Part shown: one piece after another, positions 20,613-30,716 of the stretch
How positions within the stretch are numbered: the stretch's first letter is position 1
Layout: each line of letters opens with the position of its first letter
Program-made: the position numbers and the translations under genes
NCBI GenBank assembly: GCA_050015095.1
Contig: JBEKCC010000003.1
Location: forward strand, 27,388-91,387
From: Methanoregulaceae archaeon
GTDB taxonomy: Archaea > Halobacteriota > Methanomicrobia > Methanomicrobiales > Methanospirillaceae
Direction: 5' to 3'
Length of the DNA stretch: 64,000 nucleotides
The notes under the pieces: model-generated
What the model was told of the DNA's origin: nothing
Databases searched by the model: none
What the model saw: only the letters and a program-made list of their open reading frames with translations

Positions 20613-21326
20613 TCACTCTATTAGCGGTCGAACTTTAGCATTCCAAGAAGGAAAGCTCATCACGTAGTCAACACCACAGACCGTCTTAACAGGACGTTCA
20701 ATGAGGAGGGAGAGGAGTTTTTTCAGACCGGACCTAGTTTCATTCTCCGGACCATATGGATTGATACTCCATTTTCCGTGTTCCTTAATGACATAATCAC
20801 AGATGAACAGAACATCTCCAAAGAAATAACATGTAAACCCGGGGGTATGACCACCAAGATGAACTGCAGAAAGATCGTTTTCGGTGAAACTACCGGAAAA
20901 AAGTGTATCGAACGGGAAACCCCGACACATATCATGATTGGAATCATCTTTATGGATTACAACCCGTGCAGGATATAGAGAACGATACAGATTGCTTGCT
21001 CCAAGAAAATGGTGGTGAGTGAAAAAGATAGTATCGATCTGCGGTACTGATTGGTCATAGGTTGAAGGGCAATCGATCATGAAGACATTTTTTTCAGCCT
21101 CGACCCGGTATGCAGCGTGTTCATAGCCAAGTTCCGGAACCGAGTTCAATCTAGTTACTCGATCGTTTACTCGACTGCTATTAACGCGTCTACGGGCAGA
21201 GTTCTCATCACAGGAATAAAATTTCTGCTTCGACGCTCCACAGAAAGGACAATTGTCGGGAAGGTATCCGACCATGTTATACCCACAAACCTGGCAGACG
21301 TATTGTTCCTTGGTATCGGCGTCCAT
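20613..21326 (-). CDS. rubredoxin-type zinc ribbon fused to a metallo-beta-lactamase-fold domain
   Basis: The N-terminus is YVCQVCGYNMVGYLPDNCPFCGA. The MBL-like part reads IFFTHHHFLG (degenerate HxHxDH) and HLGGHTPG. Confidence 0.55.
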   Translation of the reverse strand: MDADTKEQYVCQVCGYNMVGYLPDNCPFCGASKQKFYSCDENSARRRVNSSRVNDRVTRLNSVPELGYEHAAYRVEAEKNVFMIDCPSTYDQSVPQIDTIFFTHHHFLGASNLYRSLYPARVVIHKDDSNHDMCRGFPFDTLFSGSFTENDLSAVHLGGHTPGFTCYFFGDVLFICDYVIKEHGKWSINPYGPENETRSGLKKLLSLLIERPVKTVCGVDYVMSFPSWNAKVRPLIE

Positions 21327-21384
21327 ACACGATCTTATGGTGCAATCGGGGGTTTGATGTGAAAAATCTATCCTATACTAATTT

Positions 21385-21921
21385 TCATTGGTCTGAAGAT
21401 CTTTCGAGCTCTTTTGCACGATTAATCAAGTCCCAGACTTGTGAATCCGTTGAATAACCCTTCCCAGCCCATTGTATAGTTCCATTAGTATCGAGAAGAA
21501 AAACATATCCTAAGGATCGGTCATCCATACTAAGGAAGTGCCGAATATCCAATGAGTTCCCATAGTATGTCAGAACAAACGGATGTTTCTCTTCAGGGAT
21601 GCTAAATCGCATACCTGAGTCGATGGTCGATAACATCAGCTCTCCCCATAGAGTATCAATCATCGAGACTTCATAGATCACATATCCACTATTTTTACCG
21701 AATGCTTGCCGAAACAGATTCGTCCATGAATCAAGCATCGCATGGGCAGAGCGTTCAAACGCAATCGATATAAGTGCAACTTTACCACGGGCAGCTGCTG
21801 GGAGAGTATCCTTAGAACCAACGAGTGAGTGGGCGTGGATTGTTGGAAATTCTTGTCCGATAATATTCAATCGTTCGGCTCCTAAGTTCGGTGCAGCCGT
21901 GTTGATCCATAACGCCTTCAT
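21385..21921 (-). CDS. hypothetical protein, possibly thioredoxin-like fold without CxxC
   Basis: 178 aa. The C-terminal FLLDTNGTIQWAGKGYSTDSQVWDLINRAKEL resembles redoxin-family ends. No active-site cysteines are present. Confidence 0.25.
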   Translation of the reverse strand: MKALWINTAAPNLGAERLNIIGQEFPTIHAHSLVGSKDTLPAAARGKVALISIAFERSAHAMLDSWTNLFRQAFGKNSGYVIYEVSMIDTLWGELMLSTIDSGMRFSIPEEKHPFVLTYYGNSLDIRHFLSMDDRSLGYVFLLDTNGTIQWAGKGYSTDSQVWDLINRAKELERSSDQ

Positions 21922-22046
21922 CTACTTAATATCGTTTCTGATATCGTTGGGTGAAAGCTATACCTCAACTCTGAAGGAAAAATGTGGTTTCCTAGGAGGA
22001 GGTACAATATGGAGATTCTTTAATCTTAAACATAGAATTACTGACT

Positions 22047-22352
22047 ATGTCACCAAGACGACTACCTGATTCTCATCGCAATACAAAACCGCCCCATGCC
22101 GAAATATGGAAAAGCCAGGATAAGGTACGTCACAAAGAAGAAGAGAAGCACCACCCGTTCGCAAAACCACATCCACACCCCCCACATAAAGCCCAAAAAA
22201 AGCCAAAGTTAGCTCCTAAACACCACCCGCACCCAGAACCGTTGGGCAAAAATGTTGATGTGGGTCCACTCGCAGATCGTCCCAGACCAGGTAAGCTTAC
22301 AAAAAAAGCGACTAAGCCCAGAAGTTCTCAACAAAAGAAAAAGTCACGCTAA
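22047..22352 (+). CDS. highly basic His/Pro/Lys-rich low-complexity protein
   Basis: 101 aa, including HHPFAKPHPHPPHKAQKKPKLAPKHHPHPEP. Coding status is uncertain. Confidence 0.35.
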   Translation: MSPRRLPDSHRNTKPPHAEIWKSQDKVRHKEEEKHHPFAKPHPHPPHKAQKKPKLAPKHHPHPEPLGKNVDVGPLADRPRPGKLTKKATKPRSSQQKKKSR

Positions 22353-22372
22353 ACGATCAAGAGGTTAAACAA

Positions 22373-22612
22373 ATGGCGAAAGTCGATGGATTCATGGGTA
22401 TGGTTTTATCATTTGTTGCTTCACCACAGGGTCAAGAAGCTGTTCACCAATATCTTTCTTCACCAGAAGGACAAGCTGCTCTCAATTCTTATCTTGCAAC
22501 CCCAAAAGGTCAACAGAACGCAAAAATACTCCTCGGTCGGATGCTCGATAAACTTGATCTACCTACTGAAGTAAAGGAATCAATTCGGAAAGCCCTCTCC
22601 CAAAAGAAGTAA
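22373..22612 (+). CDS. small protein with three [ST]PxGQ repeats (paralogue of 56066..56329)
   Basis: SPQGQEAVHQYLSSPEGQAALNSYLATPKGQQNAKILLGRMLD compares with TPEGQEMVKTFLTSPEGQNMMMNFISTPQGKQFLSNVLLSILD in the second copy. Confidence 0.55.
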   Translation: MAKVDGFMGMVLSFVASPQGQEAVHQYLSSPEGQAALNSYLATPKGQQNAKILLGRMLDKLDLPTEVKESIRKALSQKK

Positions 22613-22622
22613 AAGATTTAGG

Positions 22623-22994
22623 TTATTTTGATCTGAAATATCCTCTGAGGATAAACCATACTCCAAGTAATATCAAGAAAATTGCAGCAATGAATGGCCA
22701 TAGATTGGGGGGTGCCCATACTATACCAATACCGATAATAATCATGAATATACCGAGGATAGTGTAAGTCAATTGTGAGCGATGCATAAAATTTGGCGAA
22801 GTGGCGTCTTGAGATGTACTTTCTTCAGGTTTCTGAAATGCTGATCCAAGAAAACCAAGACCAAGACCAATTAATGCACCTGGCCCGGGATAGTTGAGAA
22901 GAATCCCTAGACCGAGACCGATGAGTACTCCGGCTGGTATCAGGAAATGTCGTCCTTTCCGTCTCCTATATTCTCTTCCTTCATCACTTACCAT
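22623..22994 (-). CDS. small integral membrane protein
   Basis: 123 aa with Gly-rich TM helices (LIGLGLGILL, LIGLGLGFLG) and two more C-terminal helices. Confidence 0.45.
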   Translation of the reverse strand: MVSDEGREYRRRKGRHFLIPAGVLIGLGLGILLNYPGPGALIGLGLGFLGSAFQKPEESTSQDATSPNFMHRSQLTYTILGIFMIIIGIGIVWAPPNLWPFIAAIFLILLGVWFILRGYFRSK

Positions 22995-23150
22995 ATACCG
23001 CTATTTCTCTACAAATTGTAATAAACTTATGACAGATTTTATCGTGTGACGAATTGCATTCCAATAAATTCGAGAATTCCTTATGCACATTCCTCACGTA
23101 ATATAAAAAGGAAAATTCATTAAGTTCGAGGCAATATTGATCCTCGTGGA

Positions 23151-24071
23151 TTGACCGTGAGTGGTAAGGCTGACATTTTTATCGCCGATGCATCGAATCG
23201 GATGGATGGAATGCAAAAGATCCTTTCTCAGTTCGATTTATCCATATTTTCCAGTGCGAAGGTTGCCCTAAAGGCAAACTATAACAGTGCTGATCCCTAT
23301 CCAGCATCCACACATATCGATACCCTTCAGGTACTTGTAAGAACGCTTCAATTACAAAAACCCGAAAAACTTACACTTGCTGAACGGAGTGGAATGGGTA
23401 GTACACGAACAGTTCTCGAAGATCAAGGCGTTATAGCGTTGTCACGGCAACTTGGTTTCTCTGTAATTGTACTTGACGAACTGGAACGCATTGGCTGGCA
23501 GGAAATCCAAGCACCAAACCTTCATTGGAAACGCGGTTTTTTCATAGCCAACTTATTCACCCGTTCGGATCGTATCGTCCAGACGTGCTGTCTCAAGACA
23601 CACCGATTCGGGGGTCACTTTACCTTATCGCTGAAAAATTCTATGGGCTGTATCGCCCGCCGGGTTCCCGGAGTTATCCATGATTTTATGGGCGAACTTC
23701 ATATGTCACATTTCCAGCGCTCGATGATTGCAGAGATTAACAAATTTTACCGAAATGATCTCATTGTTATGGACGCCAGTGAAGGATTTTCGACCGGTGG
23801 ACCGGATAAAGGAAAAATCATTAAACCCGGTGTAATTATTGCCGGTAATGACCGGATTGCAATCGATGCTGTTGGTGTGGCCCTGCTCCGTTCGTTTGGA
23901 ACTATCCATGACATCATGGAACGGAGTGTCTTTTCCCAAGAACAAATAGCACGAGCGGTAGAACTTGAGGTGGGTGTGGGGTCTACTGCCGAAATCAAAC
24001 TTGTACCACTTGACGCTCCCAGTGAAAAGGTAGCCGATACGGTTCAGACACAGTTTGATGCAGAAAAGTAG
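23151..24071 (+). CDS. DUF362 domain protein
   Basis: Contains KVALKANYNSADPYPASTHIDTL, CCLKTHRFGGHFTLSLKNSMGCI and DRIAIDAVGVALL. The track start is TTG, so the true start is uncertain. Confidence 0.55.
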   Translation: MTVSGKADIFIADASNRMDGMQKILSQFDLSIFSSAKVALKANYNSADPYPASTHIDTLQVLVRTLQLQKPEKLTLAERSGMGSTRTVLEDQGVIALSRQLGFSVIVLDELERIGWQEIQAPNLHWKRGFFIANLFTRSDRIVQTCCLKTHRFGGHFTLSLKNSMGCIARRVPGVIHDFMGELHMSHFQRSMIAEINKFYRNDLIVMDASEGFSTGGPDKGKIIKPGVIIAGNDRIAIDAVGVALLRSFGTIHDIMERSVFSQEQIARAVELEVGVGSTAEIKLVPLDAPSEKVADTVQTQFDAEK

Positions 24072-24091
24072 ATAACAGTCAATATTTTTTA

Positions 24092-24349
24092 TTAAAAGAC
24101 CTTCGGGATTACACCGCAGTACCCATTCACGCACCCGTAGTGTCCAGCACCACAATCGTCATCCGATGTGCAGCTTTGAAAGTTATGCGAGGGTCGTGAG
24201 AAATCCGGAGTGTCTGTCGGTTTCACAATTATTGGTGGTGTTGTCACCTTGCCACCTGAAGGAAGTTTAGTAGAACACCCGGCAACTATTACAAGACCAA
24301 TCACAAGGAACAGTAAAAGGAGAAGATACACAGGAATTCTTCGGAACAT
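24092..24349 (-). CDS. small secreted/lipoprotein-like Cys-rich protein
   Basis: A signal-like helix ends in VAGCS. The C-terminus reads CTSDDDCGAGHYGCVNGYCG. Confidence 0.45.
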   Translation of the reverse strand: MFRRIPVYLLLLLFLVIGLVIVAGCSTKLPSGGKVTTPPIIVKPTDTPDFSRPSHNFQSCTSDDDCGAGHYGCVNGYCGVIPKVF

Positions 24350-24453
24350 ATGTCCAAATATCCCTTACGACAAAATAAGGTTTATTTATCCATCGTACTG
24401 ACACGGTGTGTATTTGTAAGTAAACTTTTAATCGGAAAAATTGGTGGGTAAAA

Positions 24454-25998
24454 TTACCCAGTAGTATTCGTTCGTCCCGTTTGGTTTGCTGTTTGGTTTA
24501 CTATTGGAGTTGTTGTGGTCGGAATAACAATTGTGGGTTTTAAAGTAGGGGTCGGTGTTGGAGGTTGCAAAGCAACCTGGAAATAAACCTCACCATGTGG
24601 AGCTGTGGTTATATCCTGTTTGACGAGTGCCCCTTCCTTATAAACTGAGACGGTGAGAAGATCCCCTGATCCATCTTGCTTCGTGATCGATACCCCAACA
24701 GTACCGTTCACAGTCGGTATCTGATAGAACTGGTCACCGGTACCAGATACATCTTGGCTTTTCCCTACTTCACCAACGTCTCCTGCAAATTTTCCTGCAT
24801 ATTGCACCCTTGCCCAAACACCAGTCTGGGGAATAAGAACCTGGGGTGTTGGCGGGGGTGTTGATACGGTCACCGTTGGAACAGGGTGTGGGGGAGTTGT
24901 AGAAATGGTTGTTACAATAGTTGTAATTATAGGTGTAGGACTGGGTTCAGGAGGTGTAACGGGTTTCCCATGCATAACTTGTGTGTAATAAAACGCTCCT
25001 CCTATAACTGCAAGGACTATTAGGATTAATGCTACAAGACCGATCATTTTCTTCCGGCGGTTGGGAGCTGGATATCCAGGAAGCGGGGGGAGGTCAGGAT
25101 ATGAAAGGCCTGCCAACCTGCCATGTTTTGCCACAATTTCCCCGGGTGTCGCTGTTCCAGGTACTTTATTGACTGCCGATTCCGCCGCCGCCCAAGCAAC
25201 AGCAGAATCAGTTGGTTGATCGGCATTTTTGGGTGAGACAGCAGGTGCCGGTACTGTACGGGGCGTTGAGTCTGCGATCAGCGGTTCTATGGTTTGGATT
25301 TGTTTATCGATAGGTCGGTCCTTGGTCTCTGTAGGTGGAACATAAAGGGGGGACTCGGGAACTTGTACTGTTCCAAGAACGGGTTCCGGCACTGGAACCT
25401 CTTTTCCAAGTGGAACGATTGTTGCACCGCACTTGTTGCAAAATGTTGACTCTGGAGGAACGCGGTTCCCGCACCGCGTACAAAACGAACCTTCGGGTAA
25501 TGTTGTGGTCTCTACCGGTTTGGGCAGCGGTATGCTCACATCAATGCTCGGTTGGGTTGCTTTGACGATTTCGATCTTTGAAGGGGGTTCTACTTCAGCA
25601 CGTATGACTGGCTCCTGAGCATATGAAGGGATACCAGAGAGGATTCCCTCGTTCTTTGGCTGTAAGACCCGCTCTTTGAGTTTACTCACCCAGTCATCAC
25701 ATTCCCGTTTTCTTTTTTCTCCCTGCTTCTGGGAGAAGGTGAGTGTCACTTGTTTTATTTCACCGGTGTCAGTGACAAAGGAGAGTTTTAAGATCGGAGC
25801 TCGAATGGCATTCTCGTCCGCTTCGACATGCCGTATGTTTGAAAGTAGAATCTCGTCCGCTTGGAGTCGGTTTTCTTTTCCTTCCACGAGGAGGATACGT
25901 TTGTTAGTCAGTATCGCTGCGACCGTTACAGATCTAACAACAATATTCTGTGTTGCCAGAATTATTGATTCATCTTGTGATAGGTAAGGATTTGCCAT
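24454..25998 (-). CDS. PH/GRAM-like head, zinc ribbon, Pro-rich linker, TM and conserved ectodomain protein (paralogue 1)
   Basis: The likely start is MANPYLSQDESIILATQNIVV at 25998. The zinc ribbon is FCTRCGNRVPPESTFCNKCG. The TM helix is MIGLVALILIVLAVIGGAFYY. The ectodomain TGVWARVQYAGKFAGDVG..GTGDQFYQ..ITKQDGSGDLLTVSVYKEG is shared with 31614..32912 and 42754..43758. Confidence 0.7.
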   Translation of the reverse strand: MANPYLSQDESIILATQNIVVRSVTVAAILTNKRILLVEGKENRLQADEILLSNIRHVEADENAIRAPILKLSFVTDTGEIKQVTLTFSQKQGEKRKRECDDWVSKLKERVLQPKNEGILSGIPSYAQEPVIRAEVEPPSKIEIVKATQPSIDVSIPLPKPVETTTLPEGSFCTRCGNRVPPESTFCNKCGATIVPLGKEVPVPEPVLGTVQVPESPLYVPPTETKDRPIDKQIQTIEPLIADSTPRTVPAPAVSPKNADQPTDSAVAWAAAESAVNKVPGTATPGEIVAKHGRLAGLSYPDLPPLPGYPAPNRRKKMIGLVALILIVLAVIGGAFYYTQVMHGKPVTPPEPSPTPIITTIVTTISTTPPHPVPTVTVSTPPPTPQVLIPQTGVWARVQYAGKFAGDVGEVGKSQDVSGTGDQFYQIPTVNGTVGVSITKQDGSGDLLTVSVYKEGALVKQDITTAPHGEVYFQVALQPPTPTPTLKPTIVIPTTTTPIVNQTANQTGRTNTTG

Positions 25999-26153
25999 AT
26001 TACCGCATTCTTTTGTCACTATGTGCGTTGTTTGGAACGATAAACTTTCTACCGATAAAGGGCAAAATGTTCCATATAATTTCAAAAGGCACGTACATAT
26101 ATGTCATTTATTATCGGATGATTGTTCATTCAATCAACGAAAGGATAGATACT

Positions 26154-28754
26154 ATGTGGAGTCGAAAGAATCGGACTAGTAAGGAAAATGATGGAAGTGC
26201 GGATAAACCGTTCCATACCCTTACTACAGAAAATCTTTTTTCTGTTCTCGATTCATCTGCCCAAGGACTTAGTTCTGAGAAAGTAAAGACACATCAAGAA
26301 CTATTCGGTCTCAATGACATCTCACATATCAGGAAACGGCCAGTCATTATTCAGTTCCTAGAACATTTTAAAAATCTCCTTGTTATTATCCTGCTCATTG
26401 CTGCTAGCATTTCAATATTTGTCGGAGAAATTACGAGCGCAGCTATTATTTTCCTCATTATTGTTGCGAGTGTTACTCTGGATTTCTTTCAGGAATACAA
26501 AGCGGAAAATGCAGCGAATCTACTCAAACAAAAAATTATTACCCGGGCATCTGTGTTCAGGGATGGAAATCAACAGGAAATATCTATCATTGAGCTAGTG
26601 CCGGGGGACCGCATCTCGCTAGTTGCTGGAGATATTGTACCGGCCGATGCTCGGGTTTTATCTGCAAAGGATTTTTATGTGAATCAATCTGCACTGACTG
26701 GCGAACCGTATCCCATCGAAAAGAATGCAAATCTAGCAGATCCCACGAAACCGCTAACAGAAGCAAATAACTACATATTTCTCGGCACGTCGGTTGTGAG
26801 CGGTACCGCCACCGCAATTATTACAAAAACTGGACCGACAACCGAGTTTGGTAAAATTGCAAAAACTCTTGTTGAACGACCACCGGAAACGGAATTCGAA
26901 CGTGGTCTGAAACAGTTCAGCTACCTCATGTCAAAATTTGTTTTCTTCCTTGTCATATTCGTATTTTTTGTTAATGCGCTGTTCAAGCACGGCATTTTGG
27001 AATCGCTTCTCTTTTCCGTCGCTCTCGCAGTTGGCATGACACCCGAACTTCTCCCAATGATTCTGTCTCTCAACCTGTCAAAGGGTTCCATCGCCATGTC
27101 AAACAAGGGTGCGATTGTCAAGCATCCAGAATCAATCCAGAATTTCGGGAGCATGGATGTACTCTGTACCGATAAAACAGGTACACTGACAGAGAATAAG
27201 ATTGCGCTAGTTAAACACCTTGATACTGAAGGTAACGATAGCGATAAGGTTCTGTTATTCTCGTATATCAACAGCTACTTTGATACCGGGTTGAAAAGCC
27301 CCCTTGATGATGCAATTGTCAATTTTAAAAACATAGAAATCAATGAATACCGGAAAATTGACGAAATTCCGTTCGATTTTATCCGCAAACGAGTTTCGAT
27401 CGCTGTCTCTCGAGGATCCGAACGGATCCTGATATCAAAAGGTGCACCTGAGGAAATCCTTCGCATATGTTCATCCGTCGAAAGAGAAGGTATCGTTGTA
27501 CCGCTCACCAATGACATTATCGAGCTGATAAATAACCTCTATCAAGCACAGAGTGCAGACGGGTTCAGGACACTCGCGGTTTGCAACCGATTCGTTTCAA
27601 GTGAAAAAACACAGTTTTCCGTTAGTGACGAGCAGAACATGATCTTTGTTGGGTTTGTAACATTTATCGATCCACCAAAAGAGAGTGCCCGCGAATCCGT
27701 GCAATTGTTAGCCCAGTCTGGGATCGAACTGAAGATCCTTACCGGGGATAACGAGCTTGTCACCAGAAAGACGTGTGAGTTAATCGGCCAAGAGATAAAA
27801 GGTGTGCTTACCGGCAACGAGATCGAGAATATGGACGGTGAAACACTTTCACGAGTGGTTGAAGACGTTACGATCTTCTCTCGTATGACTCCGGTGCAAA
27901 AGAACCGTATCATGAACGCCCTGAGACGGAACGGTCATGTGGTTGGGTTCATGGGCGATGGCATCAATGATGCACCTTCCATCAGGGAAGCAGATGTCGG
28001 GATCTCTGTCGAGAATGCGGTGGATATTGCGAAAGAATCAGCAGATATTATTTTGCTGAAAAATGACCTGCGGATCCTGCATGATGGAGTGCTAGAAGGG
28101 AGAAAAACATTCGGAAATACGATGAAGTATATCCTGATGGGTACAAGCTCCAATTTTGGTAATATGTTCAGTGTTGCCGGTGCTTCGCTATTTCTCCCGT
28201 TCCTCCCGATGTTACCAATCCAGATCTTGCTCAACAACCTCCTCTATGATGTCTCGGAATCGACAATTCCGACCGATAGTGTGGATTCGTCTTACATCAG
28301 CACTCCTAAAAAATGGGACATTGAATTCATCAGGAAGTTTATTTTTGTATTCGGTCCGATCAGCTCGGTCTTTGACTTCATTACATTTTTTATCCTCTTG
28401 TTCATATTCAAAGCCGATGCGTCGTTCTTCCAGACTGCCTGGTTCATCGAATCGATCTGCACCCAGACATTGGTCATTTTCGTGATCAGAACACGGATCG
28501 TTCCGTTCTATAAGAGTAAACCGAGTAATCTCCTGGTGGCAAGCACGTTATTAATCATCGTGATTGCATGCATACTTCCATTTACAGTTATCGGCAGCAT
28601 ATTCGGGTTTGTTCATTTGCCCATTTCCTTCTATACCGTGTTAGCTGGACTTGTTATAGGGTATGTTGTCCTTGTCGAATTCGTAAAAAGAAGGTTTTAT
28701 CAGAAATATTCATCATTCATTGAAAGGAAAACTGCAAAACGCTCGATCGCATGA
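26154..28754 (+). CDS. mgtA: magnesium-translocating P-type ATPase
   Basis: Contains CTDKTGTLTENK (phosphorylation site), TGDN, GDGINDAPSIREADVGISV, and the MgtA-type PFLPMLPIQILLNNLLYD. The likely start is MWSRKNR at 26154. Confidence 0.9.
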   Translation: MWSRKNRTSKENDGSADKPFHTLTTENLFSVLDSSAQGLSSEKVKTHQELFGLNDISHIRKRPVIIQFLEHFKNLLVIILLIAASISIFVGEITSAAIIFLIIVASVTLDFFQEYKAENAANLLKQKIITRASVFRDGNQQEISIIELVPGDRISLVAGDIVPADARVLSAKDFYVNQSALTGEPYPIEKNANLADPTKPLTEANNYIFLGTSVVSGTATAIITKTGPTTEFGKIAKTLVERPPETEFERGLKQFSYLMSKFVFFLVIFVFFVNALFKHGILESLLFSVALAVGMTPELLPMILSLNLSKGSIAMSNKGAIVKHPESIQNFGSMDVLCTDKTGTLTENKIALVKHLDTEGNDSDKVLLFSYINSYFDTGLKSPLDDAIVNFKNIEINEYRKIDEIPFDFIRKRVSIAVSRGSERILISKGAPEEILRICSSVEREGIVVPLTNDIIELINNLYQAQSADGFRTLAVCNRFVSSEKTQFSVSDEQNMIFVGFVTFIDPPKESARESVQLLAQSGIELKILTGDNELVTRKTCELIGQEIKGVLTGNEIENMDGETLSRVVEDVTIFSRMTPVQKNRIMNALRRNGHVVGFMGDGINDAPSIREADVGISVENAVDIAKESADIILLKNDLRILHDGVLEGRKTFGNTMKYILMGTSSNFGNMFSVAGASLFLPFLPMLPIQILLNNLLYDVSESTIPTDSVDSSYISTPKKWDIEFIRKFIFVFGPISSVFDFITFFILLFIFKADASFFQTAWFIESICTQTLVIFVIRTRIVPFYKSKPSNLLVASTLLIIVIACILPFTVIGSIFGFVHLPISFYTVLAGLVIGYVVLVEFVKRRFYQKYSSFIERKTAKRSIA

Positions 28755-28757
28755 TTT

Positions 28758-29378
28758 TTATTGCGGTTTTCTCTGCATCGCGGTATGAATAATCGATGTC
28801 TCTGGTACCTTGATCTCATCAATAACACGAAAGCCAAAGTGTTCATAGAGACCGATATTTTTTTGATTCTGCGTATTCAGGTAGCACGGTTGTTTCCAGC
28901 GATCCAGCCAAGCAAGCATGGGTCTGAGTAACTTGCTTGTGAACCCTTTTTTCTGAGATACGGGATCAACACCAATAAAAAAGAGGTAGTAGTGAGGAGA
29001 GGGGGCGTGTTTTTTGTGGAGAGTATCAACAAAGGTTGAGAACGACATCAGACGTTTCATAATGTCTTTTCCTAGATGTTTTTGTAACGCTATCCCGCCA
29101 GCACGTGTCGCCCGCCAGAAGGTTATCTCGGATTTCGCAGATGATAACCAGACTGCTGCTCCTTCCAACGTAGGTGATGTCGCGTAGACATCACCATAAA
29201 TCATCCCATACCGAAGTTCAAATTCAAACAGAAACCGTGCACGCTCTTTTCTTATTTCTGCATCAGGAATAAGATACGTCAATTTCGGATCATCAAAAAA
29301 TGCACGAGTGAACATTTCACTCGTTGCACAGATCTGATCTTTTGAAAGCCGTATTAGATCTCCAGTAAGCTCGGGCAT
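28758..29378 (-). CDS. GNAT-family N-acetyltransferase
   Basis: Contains IGVDPVSQKKGFTSKLLRPML and GLYEHFGFRV. Confidence 0.7.
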   Translation of the reverse strand: MPELTGDLIRLSKDQICATSEMFTRAFFDDPKLTYLIPDAEIRKERARFLFEFELRYGMIYGDVYATSPTLEGAAVWLSSAKSEITFWRATRAGGIALQKHLGKDIMKRLMSFSTFVDTLHKKHAPSPHYYLFFIGVDPVSQKKGFTSKLLRPMLAWLDRWKQPCYLNTQNQKNIGLYEHFGFRVIDEIKVPETSIIHTAMQRKPQ

Positions 29379-29548
29379 TTCCAGTCCCTAACGAGCCTCT
29401 GGGCACTATTCTTTAATTAAAGTATGCTTATAACCGCGGTTTCCACGATGCAAAGTAAACGATTGTTGCCATTACACCACGTGCAATTGCGATGATGGTT
29501 GGGTTCTTTGCGATATAATCCCTGGTTACCCTTGCAAACATACCGATA

Positions 29549-30112
29549 TCAGGAATAAATATGCGATAATAAAATATTCAATCCAATTACAATCAGAATT
29601 AATCCTCCAATTATCTCAATTTTTTTCCCAAAGATTTTTACAAGTTGTCTACTTAAAAAAACCCCACCAAGAGAGAAAAAGAAAGAGATAACACCAATTA
29701 TCAGGCTAGGAATTAAGACCGCCACTCCAAGGAATGCAAAGCTTGTTCCTACAACGAAAGCATCTATGCTTGTTGCGATTGCAAGGAGAGCGATCGCAGT
29801 TATCTTATGTGTGTTTGATAGTTCACTCACGAATTTTTCATAACGGACTCCCTCAAAAATCATCTTCGCACCAACACCTGCAAGAAGTGCGAAGGCAATC
29901 CAATATGCGATAGAAGATACTTGCCGGCTAAATAATGACCCAAAACCCCACCCAACGAGTGTCATCCCGGTTTGAAATATACCGAAAAAGACTGCAAATG
30001 TTAGTGCCGTTTGTAAATAGTCAACATCCTGCGTTGAACCAGCTGCAATAGAGACTGCTAAACAATCCAATGATAGAACAATACCAATGAAAATCGGGGT
30101 AAAAATATCCAT
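29549..30112 (-). CDS. mntP: manganese efflux pump MntP (DUF204 family)
   Basis: Contains IVLSLDCLAVSIAAG and ATSIDAFVVGTSFAF, a duplicated DUF204 half-repeat. About 6 TM helices. Confidence 0.75.
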   Translation of the reverse strand: MDIFTPIFIGIVLSLDCLAVSIAAGSTQDVDYLQTALTFAVFFGIFQTGMTLVGWGFGSLFSRQVSSIAYWIAFALLAGVGAKMIFEGVRYEKFVSELSNTHKITAIALLAIATSIDAFVVGTSFAFLGVAVLIPSLIIGVISFFFSLGGVFLSRQLVKIFGKKIEIIGGLILIVIGLNILLSHIYS

Positions 30113-30255
30113 TATATATCCGGGGTGGCTTATCTATCTCAGATGTATTTAATTTTCAGATAAATAAGGATACGATGTAATTTGATCGGTCATTTAATTC
30201 TTTGAGAACGAAAAAGCGAGAGTTTGGTTAAAGATGATTCTACTCAGGACCCCGT

Positions 30256-30504
30256 TCATTCGACTTTGTATACGACATCTCCTGCATGAACGACTTGAGA
30301 CACCTTCATGCCGAGGTCCTGGCCTTTTGTAGCGGTTTGAATGGTTTGGTGCTCGATTTGCATTGAAGTCACCGTTTGGTAGAAATCCGATTGCGTTCCT
30401 TTGACATGAATCCTGTCACCGTTATTGATAGTGTCCTCTAGCATAACCACCGCAACACCGACCTTCGGGAAATAGTGCGTTATCTCTCCAACAACCTTTT
30501 CCAT
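30256..30504 (-). CDS. translation-elongation-factor-like beta-barrel protein (EF-Tu domain-2-like)
   Basis: MEKVVGEITHYFPKVGVAVVMLEDTINNGDRIHVKG..QIEHQTIQTATKGQDLGMKV. The start is taken at the internal ATG at 30504. Confidence 0.55.
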   Translation of the reverse strand: MEKVVGEITHYFPKVGVAVVMLEDTINNGDRIHVKGTQSDFYQTVTSMQIEHQTIQTATKGQDLGMKVSQVVHAGDVVYKVE

Positions 30505-30716
30505 TGTACTTCCCCAATTGAGAGTAATAACAACCGTGATATGAAAAATGTTATCATCAACAATGAACACATCACATCAACGGATGCGAGGAAAAGGTTG
30601 GGCATAACTCAATCACGAATCATTATAGAAATGACACCCATCCAATCGATCGCCAAATTATTAATTGAGAGAATTAAAAAACGTTTGAATACTATTAAAA
30701 AAAATCGGTAGTAAGT

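Noticed and set aside
23706-24155. 149-aa minus-strand ORF over the 3' part of the DUF362 gene
   Set aside because: It is antisense to a gene with clear DUF362 motifs and has no features of its own.
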